From: Octopus sinensis
Taxonomy: Eukaryota
Direction of reading: 5' to 3'
Assembly (NCBI RefSeq): GCF_006345805.1
Contig: NC_043002.1
Location: forward strand, 45,694,001-45,758,000
Length of the DNA stretch: 64,000 nt
Position numbers and translations under genes: made by a program. The first letter of the stretch is position 1; every line of letters begins with the position of its first letter. A model generated the notes under the pieces. That model searched no databases. It saw nothing but the letters and a program-made list of their open reading frames with translations, and was not told the origin of the DNA. Positions 1 through 12,422 of this stretch are shown here, in pieces.

Positions 1-120
1 GAACTACTAAGTTATAGGGACATGAACTAACCAACATTGGTTGTCAAGCAGTGAGCACAAAGATACATACACATAGTTATATATATGTGCATATATATAT
101 ATGTATATGTGTGTGTATAT

Positions 121-201
<81 letters not shown>

Positions 202-222
202 ATATATATATGTGTGTGTGTG

Positions 223-261
<39 letters not shown>

Positions 262-398
262 TTATATTAAGGGCATTACTATACATAAATGCCTCATGCT
301 ATGAGAGACTCTTAAAGTCAAAACTACTATAATAAACACATTGTACCGAATGCAAGGGAATGCAACTCTCGAAGCGAGCTCCTTAAAAACAGATTCAG

Positions 399-458
399 CC
401 ACAAATCATATGATTTCATAATTAGTGCACAAAATGCACTTTTTAATCATCAGTGCAG
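399..458 (-). ncRNA. Hammerhead-like motif
   Basis: Minus: CTGCA-CTGATGA-T-TAAAAAGTGCA[tttg]TGCACTAATTA-T-GAA-ATCATATGAT-T-TGTGG; all three stems can be drawn. Confidence 0.5.
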
Positions 459-546
459 GTATAATCAAGACACATAAAAATGAACAAAAAATCAATATAC
501 CAGACAAACACCAAATGTATCCAGCATAGTATATAGAGTTGTTCAC

Positions 547-983
547 CAAAATCAAAATCGATCCACATCGATGGAATTTGTAGTTTGTGGTACCAGTGCC
601 GGTGGCACATAAGAGAACCATCTGAACGTGGCCGTAGCCAGCACCGCATTAACTGGCCTCCATGCTGGTGGCACGTAACAAACACCATCCGATCGTGGCC
701 GTGCCAGCTTCGCCTGGTCTCCGTGCTGGTGGCACGTAAAAAACACCATCTGAGCATGGCCGTTCGCCAGCCTCGTCTGGCACCTGTGTCGGTGGCACAT
801 AAAAAGCACCCACTACACTCATGGAGTGGTTGGCGTTAGAAAGGGCATCCAGCTGTAGAAACACCGCCAGATCTGACTGACCTGGTGCAGTCTTCGGGCT
901 TCCCAGACCCCAGTTGAACCGTCCAACCCATGCTAGCATGGAAAGCGGATGTTAAACGATGATGATGATGATAATGATGATAT
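547..983 (+). mobile_element. RTE-type 3' UTR fragment (other copies ~1340-1700, 34950-35242, 43494-43812, 48340-48436, 57477-57750 on +; ~9748-9990, 11575-11740, 23663-23960, 61730-61960 on -)
   Basis: A few GGTGGCAC(G/A)TAA(A)AAGCACC units, then GTTGGCGTTAG(G/A)AAGGGCATCC..CCAACCCATGCTAGCATGG and (GAT)n tail. Confidence 0.8.
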
Positions 984-1831
984 ATCTATGTAAGAGGTGG
1001 GCTTTTCGAATTGCATCTCAGTACACGTGTATATTCAGAATAAATTCAGCACTGAATATATTCCGGTTAAATTTACAATTTGAAAATAGGATAAAATCTT
1101 TAAAAGAATTTTTATGTGTCTTGATATAAATAAATATATTTAAAGGGAATAATGAAAAAATTTTCCCTTATAAAGTTTTTCATGCTGACTACTTGAAAAA
1201 TTCTTTTAAAGATTTTATCCTATTTTTAAATTGTATATATATATATAATATATATATATATATATTATATATATATATATATATATGTATATTTATATAT
1301 GTATTTGTATATTTATATATGTATTTGGACCTTGGATCGTAGAGTGACCCACTGTTCTTGGGAAGACCTATTGAGTCAAGTACGTCAACACCAACATCAA
1401 AATAAAAATCAAATGGAAATCCAGTGCTGCCTTGACTGGCTTCCATGCCGGTGGCATGTAAAGAGCACCAACTGATCGTGGCCGTTGCCAGCTTTGCCTG
1501 GCACCTGTGCTGGTGGCATGTAAAAAGCACCCACTACACTCACAGAGTGGTTGGCGTTAGGAAGGGCATCCAGCCATAGAAACACTGCCAGAGCAGACTG
1601 GAGCCTGGTGCAGCCTTCTGGCTTCCCAGACCCTGGTCGAAAACCGTCCAACCCATGCTAGCATGGAAAACAGACATTTAACGATGATGATGATGATGAT
1701 ACTCGTGCCGGTGGTACATAAAAAGCACCATCTGAACGTCGTATATAAATATATGTGTGTGTGTGTAGATGTGTGTGTGTATATATATATATATATATGT
1801 GTGTGTGTATATATATATGTATGTGTGTATG

Positions 1832-1864
<33 letters not shown>

Positions 1865-2090
1865 ATATATGTACGTATGTATGTATTTGTGTGTCTGTGT
1901 TTCTCCCCCCTCCACCACTTGACAACAGATGTTGGTGTGTTTACATCCACATAACTTAGTAGTTCAGCAAAAGTGACCAATAGAATAAGTATTAGGTTTA
2001 CAAAGAATAAGTCCTGGAGTGAATTTTTTCAACTAAAGGCAGTACTCCATCATGGCTGCAGTCAAATGACTGGAACAAGAAAAATAATAT

Positions 2091-2126
<36 letters not shown>

Positions 2127-2143
2127 GATATAGATATATATAT

Positions 2144-2174
<31 letters not shown>

Positions 2175-2382
2175 AGCACACATAGATAAACATTTACATA
2201 CACGCACATATAGATATATATGTGTGTGTGTTTCTTTCGGCTTCTGTCAACCAAATCCACTCAGAAAGCTTTGGTTGGTCCAAGGCTATAGTAAAAGACA
2301 CTTGCCCAAGGTATCATGCAGTGGGACTGAACCTTGAACCATATTACTGGGAAATAAACTTCTTACCACACAGCCATGTGAG

Positions 2383-2881
2383 GAAACCCATCACTCAATT
2401 TGTTGACTTTTCTGATGGCATGCAGGTGTTGATGAATGGTTGATGAATAGCTTTTCTGCTAGTTCCTCAACAGTTATGATGGGATTTTGTTCCACCAGCA
2501 TTTGCAGGACATCCTTGTCAAGCTCTAAAGATCTTCCAGGACAAGGCTTCTAGGTTGTTTCTTGCTCAGAATTTTTGGAATCTCCATTGACTCTGGTTTA
2601 TGCTTATTGTACAGCATTAATATTCTTTGCACTTTCCATTGCATTGTTGCCTTTATTGAACTCATAAAGCAAAATATGCCGAATATGCTCCTTTGTCACA
2701 TCCATCATAGCTTTGAAAAAATTAGCTATTAAAATCGGACTGCACTCTTCAAAACTTGCACTAAGAATAAGTTCAAAGTAAAATTACTACCTGCTTTTAA
2801 AGTAAGTTGATGCAGGTAGTTAATCCTCTGACTTTTAGTTCATGTAATTGAAAACACCTCATTATTTATGAGATGACCCAA
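2383..2881 (-). mobile_element. 5' half of a mariner of the same family as 21800-22950
   Basis: Clear similarity to ~22440-22950, including the terminal ATTATTTATGAGATGACCCAA. Confidence 0.8.
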
Positions 2882-2898
2882 CACACACAACACATGTG

Positions 2899-2970
<72 letters not shown>

Positions 2971-4217
2971 ACAAGCTTTTGCAGTTTCTCTTTGCCAGAT
3001 CCATTCACAAGGCAATGGCTGGCCCATGGCTGAAGTAGAAGACCCTTGCTCAATGTGCCACATGGTGGGACTTACCCCAAGACCACATGGTTGGGAAGCA
3101 AGCATCTTAACCTCACAGACACTCTTGTGTCAAAGCAGCAGCAAAAGTGTATGTGTGGGTGTGTGTGTGTGAGAGAGAGAGGACTTTTTCATCAGAGCTA
3201 ATTTGAAGCTAATCTTTTACACCATCAACATTACTACAAAAAACTAACAAAGGAGGCTTTATGTAATCACTCAACTTACAGGAAATATATATTATTCAAA
3301 ATACTTGTGTTTAAAAAAGCAAACAAAAAAATGTATGTATATATTAGATAGTATAATCCTAAGTACATGCTATGGTTGAAAAACAAAGACAGGAAGGAAA
3401 ACCATGATTGAGGTGTCTGATTATAGTTACACACAATCAGAGTTAACCTGGGATGAAATGCCAACCTCGTATGAGATTTCAGTGGTCCATATATTTATCA
3501 TGAACATTGTGATACTACATTGTTCTGCCATAACCAAATTATTTAGCTCCTTTCAACACAATAGTTGAAGCCATTTAGCTCTCTTTACTCTTTTTACTCT
3601 TTTACTTGTTTCAGTCGTGTGACTGTGGCCATGCTGGAGCACCGCCTTTAGTCGAGCAAATCGACCCCAGGACTTATTCTTTGTAAGCCTAGTACTTATT
3701 TTATCAGTCTCTTTTTTGCCGAACCGCTAAGTTACAGGGACGTAAACACACCAGCATCGGTTGTCAAGCGATGTTGGGGGGACAAACATGCACATATATA
3801 TAAATATATATATACATATATATGACGGGCCTCTTTTCAGTTTCCATCTACCAAATCCACTCACAAGGCTTTGGTCGGCCCAAGGCTATAGTAGAAGACA
3901 CTTGCCCAAGGTGCTATGCAGTGGGACTGAACCCGGAACCATGTGATTGGGAAGCAAGCTACTTACCACACAGCCATTCCTACGCCTATAGCTCTGAGTA
4001 GATACCATAGGATGGTAATAATGAACTGGTGTAAACCCAAGAACAACAGTCCAGAATTTACTAGTGAATGTTTCAAGGGTATTGTTGGTTCTTGCAATGG
4101 TCAACCAGGACACTAAACCTTTCAGGCAAGATGACAAAGGACCAAGATGCCTAGTGCCTTGCTGTCCTCAAGAAGACCAGTACTCCGCAGCAGAAGTGTT
4201 AAGACCGGTCCCTCTGG

Positions 4218-4520
4218 TGTAAAAGCACTCATGGTGGTGCCATGTAAAAGCACCCATTTGATGCCACATAAAAGTGCCTGTGCAAAGCCATTTAAAGGTA
4301 CCTGAGTGGCTCCACATATAAGCATCCATGCAGTACCATGTAAAAGTGCCCGTGCAGTTCCATAAAATCACTTATGTAGCACCACATAAAAGTGCTTGCA
4401 CAACACCATGTAAAAGCATCTGTGCAGTGCAATGTAAAAGCCCCTGTGTGGTGCCATGTAAAAGCACCCATGTGGTATCATATAAAAGTGTCCATGCAGC
4501 TCCACATAAAAGCACCTGGA
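4218..4520. repeat. Degenerate 24-bp minisatellite, ~12-13 units
   Basis: CCA(T/C)(G/A)TAAAAG(C/T)(A/G)C recurs about every 24 nt. Confidence 0.85.
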
Positions 4521-4596
4521 GTACCAACAATTCAGTGCATAGACAATTCAGCACATGTAATATATGTAATTTATTACATTATACTGGTGTTAGTAA

Positions 4597-4922
4597 GTGA
4601 AGGTGCATGGCTCAGTGGTTAGAGTGTCGAGCTTACGTTCGTGAGTTCGAATCCTGGACCAGGCTGCGTGTTGTGTTCTTGAGCAAGACATTTTATTTTA
4701 TGTTGCTCCAGTTCACTCAGCTGTAGAAATGAGTTGTGATGTCACAGGTGCCAAGCTATATTGGCCTTTGTCTTTCCCTTGGATAACACTGATGGCGTGG
4801 AGAGGGGAGGCTGGTATGCATGGGCGACTACTGGTCTTCCATAAACAACCTTGCTCGGACTTGTGCCTGGAAGGGTAACTTTCTAGGTGCAATCCCATGG
4901 TCAGTCTTGACTGAAGGGGGTC
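4597..4922 (+). mobile_element. tRNA-headed SINE family B with a CORE-like central domain (reverse copy ~19052-19372; partials near 35800-35930 and 60976-61130)
   Basis: TGGCTCAGTGG / GAGTTCGAATCC boxes, TTCTTGAGCAAGAC..CTCAGCTG domain, ACTGGTGTTA repeated on both flanks. Confidence 0.85.
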
Positions 4923-5446
4923 TCAGCAACTGGTGTTAATTGTATATCTAAGATACATGCACATGCAACCTACAAACACAGCAGTCATAGATTAACTGTA
5001 CATAAACAAAAAGCATACATATACAAACACCTGCAAAAAACATAAACATATATACACATGCCCATATGAAACAATAACTACATCTTTCGAATCTCCTATG
5101 AAAATTTAACTAGCTAATTATTAGTTCAAAGAATATATTATATAGCATTTTTAATTCTTTTTGTATTTATCTTTACATGTTTTAAAATAAATAATTGAAA
5201 TTTTCACAGAATATTAGAAATAAAGGGCACTGCTCGCGTAACGATGACATCCGTTTACAACTATCATATGAACTCAAAACAAGGACACAGTAATGCACAC
5301 AGACATGCATACACACACACACATCCTGTTCACAGATGACATACAATACTTGCTGAGAAAAGCAATGCTTCTAAATTCTCAGGATCTGTATTTAATAAAA
5401 AGTTGCAAAATATTTTTTTTTTTAAGTTTGTTTCTCTTCATTTCAG

Positions 5447-5509
5447 AACTTGACATGGAAGCATATGAATCCAGATATTTGAAGGAGGAACCTTTGCAAG
5501 AGAGTACAG
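5447..5509 (+). CDS. MyD88: MyD88 internal exon (intermediate/linker region), 63 nt, phase 1-1
   Basis: Polypyrimidine tract + ttcag acceptor, GTGTGT donor; translates (E)LDMEAYESRYLKEEPLQEST, resembling the post-death-domain linker (..KPLQ..) of MyD88; frame-compatible with the next exon. Confidence 0.7.
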
Positions 5510-5787
5510 GTGTGTAAAGAATGAAAATCATTTGCTTATTTTAAATAAAAACTATATATATATATATATATATATATTTGTTTTGCAAGATTTTTGATGT
5601 GAAATCGTGTGTTGAAACAGATATTATTGTATTTAGGAATGGTCATTTTGCCAGTTTAGCCAATAAACTCTGACCGAAATAAGATTAAGATTAATGTAGA
5701 AAATACATAATGCTGAAGCAAAGTAACACCAAATATATAGTGTGTGTGTTTTTATTGGCTAAACTGGCATAATGACTATTCCTAAAT

Positions 5788-5828
<41 letters not shown>

Positions 5829-5831
<3 letters not shown>

Positions 5832-8208
5832 GCATACCTTGGCTTAAGTCATTCTCAATTATACGTCGGTTTTCAAAAATAATATATGGAAGAATAAAAA
5901 TCAAGTGAAGTCATTTAATTTGACATTGCGTCTGTCTGCCACAAATATTGGAATCGTAAAATCACTAGAAAACCGTTAAAAGCACATAAAATCATATTAG
6001 TGCACAATAAATAAGAATAAAAGTATATAAAATCATATTAAGATACGTACAGTAAATGTTAAGATACACATCATAAAGAAGTGTACCTTAGTGAACGAAA
6101 TCATGAAATCAGCTGTGTTGTCTTATTTATAGGTCATTTGGAGCTCATATTGCACTGTAGTTCCAATATCTACCGTTAGGCATTGTTATCACTTGTGCGA
6201 TTGATTTGAATTCAGATTTGTTTACATCTGTTTATCAGCTACTTTCTCATTCTCATTCATTTGTGACTTTACTTTTTGCCCCTCCCCCCTTGACTCCTCT
6301 AAGAAAATTCATAGTGAAAGCAATTAAGTGTCATGCTACAGTGCTGGAACATAAACCAGCTGTGATAAAATGCCATGGAAAAGGTAAAAAAGTTGTAGCA
6401 GTTACACAATCTTTTGGTATGAGTGAGACAACTTATATCAAATCTGAAGCCCCAGGGATGAAGAACACTCTACTGTTAGTCAAGAAGTCATTCAAAAGAA
6501 AGTGTTGTCTTTGTTTGAGGACCTGAAGAAAAAATATCCAGATGAGAAAGATATAGGGTTCAAGACAAGTCTAGGATGGTTCATGAGATTTAAGGAGCGA
6601 AGAAGTTATCACTCCATTAAAAAGCAAGGTGAAAGTGTATCAGCTGATGAACAAGCAGCAGCAGAATTTCCTAATGCATTAAAGAAAATCATCGAAAAAA
6701 CGGGCTTCTTCCTGAATAGATTTTTAATGTAGACAAAACTGGATTGTATTGGAAAAAATTGCCAGACTGTTCATTCATTTCCAAGGAGAAAACTATTCCA
6801 GGCTACAAGGTCTCAAAAGAACGTGTGACCATTATGTTGGGAGGTAATTGTGCAGGAGATTTTAAGTTAAAGCCATTGCTTGTGTATCATGCACACAACC
6901 TTCGTGCCCTGAAGAACATACCCAAGACATCTCTCCCTGTTATATGGATGGCTAATTCAAAAGCATGGGTTACTGTTGTTGTTTTTGAAGATTGGTTCTT
7001 CAATCAGTTTATCCTAGTAGCAGAGAAGTACTGTAAGGAGAAGGGGATTCCTTTTAAGGTTTTACTTACCTCAGATAATGCTCCTGGCCACCTGCACAAC
7101 ATTACTGTCATGTACCTCTCTCTGAACACCACATCTCTTCTACAGCCAATGGATAAGGGAATAATTGCTCTCTTCAAGTGTTACTATATGAAGCGTACAC
7201 TGCAGCAAGCAATAGCTGCAACTGATCTTGATGAGTCCATTACACTTCATGACTTTTGGAAGAGATATGATATCTATAAGGCTGTACAGAACATAACAGT
7301 GGTGTGGAATGATGTACAGAGTACGGCTATGAATGGGGTATGGAAGAAGCTATACCTGCAATTCGTGAATGATTTTAAGGGGTTTGATAATGTTGCCATC
7401 AACAAAACGTTGGTGACTGCGAGCAAAAAAATGTATTTGGCGGTGGAGGATTTCACAGATTTATTTGAAAAATGGCAAATGAGGATTTGATAGAGCTTCA
7501 CAAGCAGCAAAATAAAGAAGAAGTTGAACCTGAGCCACATCACCTTACTATTAAGAAAATGCACCAAGCATTTGCATATATCGAAAAGGTCTTTCTATGT
7601 TCGAGGATATGGATCCAAATGCTCAACACTTTTCCAAGATTATGGGGCTTGTTATGAAGCTTTTGCTCCTTATAATGTAATCCTCGAGGAAAAGAAGACA
7701 GTTCAAGGACCTCTCAACCAGTTTTTTAAAGCGCTTCAAATGACAAGAATAGTCAGTCAGCTGTTGATTTTGATGATCATAGCCATCTACATCCGCAATG
7801 TAAACCACCAAATTGTATGTACATATTGGTAAATTTGAAATAATTTAGTTTTTTTACTATTGCAAAATAATAATAATTACTGAATTTGTTTTTTGAGCTT
7901 AAAAAAGGCTTTTATTTTACCATGTTCTATTGCAAACTGCATTCATTTACCATGATGTATGGTAAACACCGCCAAATTGTATTCGTGAATTTAGATTACT
8001 TTTTTTTTACTGTACTGTATTAAAAAATAAAAATTATTTGTTTGTAAGCTTAAAATAGGTTTTTATTAATCATGTATTATTGAAAATGCATTCATAAATA
8101 AAGTACAGAACTGGGAATGGTTATTATTGGTTTAGCCTTGAGACAAGTTAATTCGACTTAAGTCATGTCACTTGCAACCAACTAACGACTTAGAGTGGCG
8201 TATGCCTG
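5829..8208 (+). mobile_element. Full-length Tigger/pogo-family DNA transposon with disrupted transposase, in a MyD88 intron
   Basis: TIR ends CAGGCATAC / GTATGCCTG flanked by TA; CENP-B-like HTH (FKTSLGWFMRFKER) and DDE_1 motifs (KAWVT, SDNAPGH, LLQPMDKGII) in ORFs 6502-6732 and 6744-7490. Confidence 0.93.
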
Positions 8209-9284
8209 TATATGTGTGTGTGTGTATATATAGGTGCAGGCATAGCTGTGTGGTAAGAAGCTTGCTTCCCAACCACAATGGTTCCAGGGTTCAGTCCAAC
8301 TGTGTAGCACCTTGGGCATGTATCTTCTACTGTAGCCTCTGCTTTGTCAGTGGATGTGGTAGATGGAAACTGAAAGAAGCTTGTCATGTGTGTGTGTGTG
8401 TGTGTGCATGTGCATGCATCTTCATGTCTGTGTTTGTCCTCCACCATCATTTGACAACTAGTGTTGGTGTGTTTATGTCCCCATAACTGAGCAGTTTGGC
8501 AAAAGAGAATGATAGAATAAATACCAGGCTTAAAAAAGTAGAAAGTACTGGGGTCAATTCATTCGACTAAAATTTCTTCAAGGTGGTGCCCCACCACGGC
8601 CACAGTCTGATGCCTGAAACATGTAAAAGATAAAAGATGTTATTTTAACCAGAGCTGAAACTGACTTGGAGTAGAAAGGGCTTGTCATTGAAGAAGCCTC
8701 ATATGGTGGTGAAAGATCTTTGGGTGAATACAACTGGTTGATTGATTAATTGAATGATTAATCAAAAAATTGATTTAGTTAGTTGGTTAAATAACTAATA
8801 AATTGATGAATAATAATAAAGAAATGAAATTTAACCAGTGTGTGTGTGCTTATTATTGGTATAATGACCCTCTTGAGATATAACAAAATCTGTTTCAACG
8901 CATGAATTCACATCAAGAATCTTGCAAACAAGAGGGAAATTTCATAGAAGTTATTAAAGAAGTACCTGTCATATACTGTTCGGAATTTGGTATACATGCA
9001 ACCTGTTTATGCAGGACATTTATTATGCATTTTCTCTTAACAGTTATTTTTCATGATTGAATAGTTGATCATTAATTAGATAAAATATTTGATAATGATA
9101 TTGAAAAGTGGTACATTGAATGTTTGAGCATGTCCAAAAACCTTGTGGATTGTAATAGTTTGAGCTCTTTGCTTAAATTAGTTCTTTCTGTTATTGTGGT
9201 TGACTTTTACTTGAATTTTTGTCTGTTGATAGTATTTGAAAATGTCCTTCCATACTAAATAAATAATATAATTTATCTCTGCAG

Positions 9285-9353
9285 TGTCTCAAAGTAAGAT
9301 AAAAGCTGATGATATGAGTGTTAAAGAAACTGATGTCATAACTACAGATGATG
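9285..9353 (+). CDS. MyD88: MyD88 internal exon (intermediate domain), 69 nt, phase 1-1
   Basis: ctgcag acceptor, GTAAGT donor; (V)SQSKIKADDMSVKETDVITTDD, ending in a motif like the MyD88 GITTLDD just before the TIR. Confidence 0.85.
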
Positions 9354-10336
9354 GTAAGTCAATTTTTTTGGTCATTAAAAAAAAAAAAAAAAAATTTAGA
9401 GTTCCGATATCAGAAGAAATGAAATACAGGATTCTTAATTTGTGAATAATCTGTTAGTTCATGAGTCACTGAAATAATGCATAGAAAATTTTTTAAATTC
9501 TCTGGTTAGGATATCAGTTTATTGCAGATAAGATTCACAGAAATTCTGGTGACTATTCACTTCTGTGAAGTAAACTGGGGTAATAGAAAAGAAAAAGTGC
9601 CCTACCAAGACATAGTGAAATACCTGTGGAGTGCTTGAATTGACATGGACTATCAATCCAACACTACATCCAATGGACCACTATTACCTCTACCTGTCTT
9701 CTATTAATTTGCTTCAAATCTCCAAATTGTGAACATTATCATCATCATTATTATTATCATCGTTTAACATCTGCCTTCCATGCTGGCATGGGTTTGACGG
9801 TTTGACAGGAGCTGACCAAGTAGAAGACTGCATCAGACTTTTGTGTCTGTTTTGGCATGGTTTTTACAGCTGGATGTCCTTCCAGCCACCCTCTAGTGTG
9901 GACTGAGTGCTTTTTGTGTGGCCCCAGCACAAGCAAGGTCAGCTTCAGCATGGTTTTTACAGCTGGATTCCATTCCAAATGCCAACCACTTTACAGTGTG
10001 AACAGATAGTATATCTATTTCAAAATGTTGTTCTGTTCTACAGTTAGACTTTGAATATCAAAGCTATTGATATTCATGTGGTTGGTATTTCTGAAATATT
10101 TAATTTCTAAACAATTTTATTTTTCTACTCCAGCATTTGTGATGAAAGCATCACTGATGAGTTCATATAAAGCAGAAACATACGTTGAGCTGTTTACTTT
10201 ACTTGTTGGAAAAATAAAAAAGAAAAACATTATTATTCATTAACCAATGATTTTAATTTCCTTAAATTCTTTTCTACTTAACTTTACTCTTTGCATTTAA
10301 CAAGTGAAAACTAAGTAACTTTATTTAGCTGATTGG

Positions 10337-10560
10337 CTAACTCTAGCATTTAGCTTATTCTGTCAGTTGTAATGTTTATTTATTCACACTTTTTTGAATT
10401 AATCATGCATTATTTTGTAGCTTTGAGTTTTCCATAATGTGGGTGTTTATTTTTAGAATGACTGTAGGGTAGGTGGGAGCAGACTGATTTTGCCTGTTTG
10501 AACATAAAACAGGTAGAATAATTGGGCTGGATATGGCTGATTGAAATGCTAAAGGGTTAA
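10337..10560. mobile_element. piggyBac-type MITE, second family (further copy 16563-16788, partial near 14716-14790)
   Basis: Shared internal sequence (TTGTAGCTTTGAG, GTTTGAACATAAAAC) and terminal AATGCTAAAGGG-TTAA. Confidence 0.7.
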
Positions 10561-10882
10561 GGTGCTTTATAACAAAAGAATATACTGTTAGTTTGTATTT
10601 AAGTGTTTTGTTAGTGTTAAAATGTTCATCGTTAATCAGTGCTTATTATTATCTTACTATTTAGGGTGGTGAGCTGGCAGAATCATTAGTACACTGGGTG
10701 AAATTTCATCTGTCTTTACATTCTGCAGTCAAATTCCACCCAGGTCAACTTGCATTTCATTTCTTTCTGGGTCAATAAAATAAGTACCTGTTAAGTACTG
10801 GGGTTGATGTAATCAACTTAAACCTCACCTCCAATTACTGGCTTTTTACCAAAATTTGAAATCATTATTGTCTTACTATTAA

Positions 10883-11102
10883 CCCTTTCGTTACTGTATT
10901 TATTTTGAGATGATCTGTGTTTCTTTCAATTACTTTAAATATAACAAAGAATTTAGAAAAATAACTTAGTTATCATTCAGCTAGTATTAGGAACATAAAT
11001 TGTGACTAAGGTTTGGTGGAAGATTTTAATTTAAAACTTATGAAAACAAAACATTTGTACTCAGAACCAGAGCCGGTTTCAGCCGGGTTGGTAACAAAAG
11101 GG
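10883..11102. mobile_element. piggyBac-type MITE
   Basis: TTAA|CCCTTTCGTTAC ... GTAACAAAAGGG|TTAA. Confidence 0.85.
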
Positions 11103-11335
11103 TTAAGGCCATGAGCTGGTAGAATTGTTAGCTCGCTGGGTGATATGCTTAGCAGTATTTTGTCTGTCTTCATGTTCTGCATTCAAATTCTGCCAAGATT
11201 GACTTTGCCTTTCATCTTTTTGGGGTTGATAAAATAAGTACCAGTTGAACTCTGCTCCACTAAAATTGCTCGCCTTGTGCCAAAATTTGAAATCATTATT
11301 ATCTTACTATTAAATAAATTTTTTTAAAATTTCAG

Positions 11336-11522
11336 TTATTTCCGGTACCACAACATATTATGATGCCTTTGTTTGTTATGCTAAAAATGACTTATGGTTT
11401 GTCCAGCAAATGATTACCAAATTAGAATCTCCTCCACATAATTTAAAACTGTGTATTGTTGATCGTGATGTTATACCAGGTTCTTCGAAACATACCATCA
11501 ATGCCAAATTAATTGAAGATAG
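11336..11522 (+). CDS. MyD88: MyD88 TIR exon (box 1 and BB loop), 187 nt, phase 1-2
   Basis: ttcag acceptor, GTAAAT donor; (V)ISGTTTYYDAFVCYAKNDLWFVQQMITKLESPPHNLKLCIVDRDVIPGSSKHTINAKLIED(R): YDAFVCY box 1 and DRDVIPG BB loop. Confidence 0.95.
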
Positions 11523-12326
11523 GTAAATAATAAATATTAAAGCTTTTGACTGCTTTTTTTTCCCCCTTTTACATATCATCATCATCATCATCTCTATTGT
11601 TGTTGTTTTAACATCCACTTTTTCATCCTTGCATGGGTTGGATGGAGTTATTGAGGTAGATTTTCTACAGCTAGATGCTCTTCCTGTCATCAACCCTTAC
11701 CTGTTTTCAAGCAAAGTAATATTTCTTCATGACCTGGCATATTTTTGCAGAATATTGGAAAGGAATGGCCATTCATCTTCAACAATCATGCAGTGTCAAA
11801 ACAAGGAGACACAAAAATATATACACTGACACAGATACATACATATGTACATATACATATGTACATGTGGGTATGTTGTGAATCAGGCTTTCAGATTTTA
11901 TCTAGCAAATTGACTCCCAAGGTTTTGGTTGGCATGGATCTATAGTAGAAGACACTTGCCCAAGGTGCCATGCAGTGAAACTGAACCTGAAAGCATGTGG
12001 TTGTAAAATGAGTTTCTTAACCACACAAGCATGTATATATATGTGTGTATGTATATGTATGTATGTATGTGTGTATATATATATATATATATATTAATTG
12101 AAGTGTACAGTATTATATATCGATTACGGCTGATCTTACCAATCGGTTTCATGCTAGGGTTCAACAGCCTGATTATGCAACCCTGTGCTCTTCAGAGATG
12201 GCAGTTATGGAATGAAATATAGTGACTGTTCTCTATTGTTGAAGGGGAATAGACACATCTGGTTTGTGGTTGCTGTAAAAAAGACGATGAAACAAACCAA
12301 GCTAGAGTTAATTTCAGTGCTGTGTA

Positions 12327-12422
<96 letters not shown>

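Noticed and set aside
4597-4660. tRNA-like A/B boxes here and at the heads of SINE A and SINE C copies
   Set aside because: No complete cloverleaf, and each continues into SINE body sequence, so these are not functional tRNA genes.
1-5446. Searched for the MyD88 death-domain exon
   Set aside because: No candidate found; it presumably lies upstream of the window.
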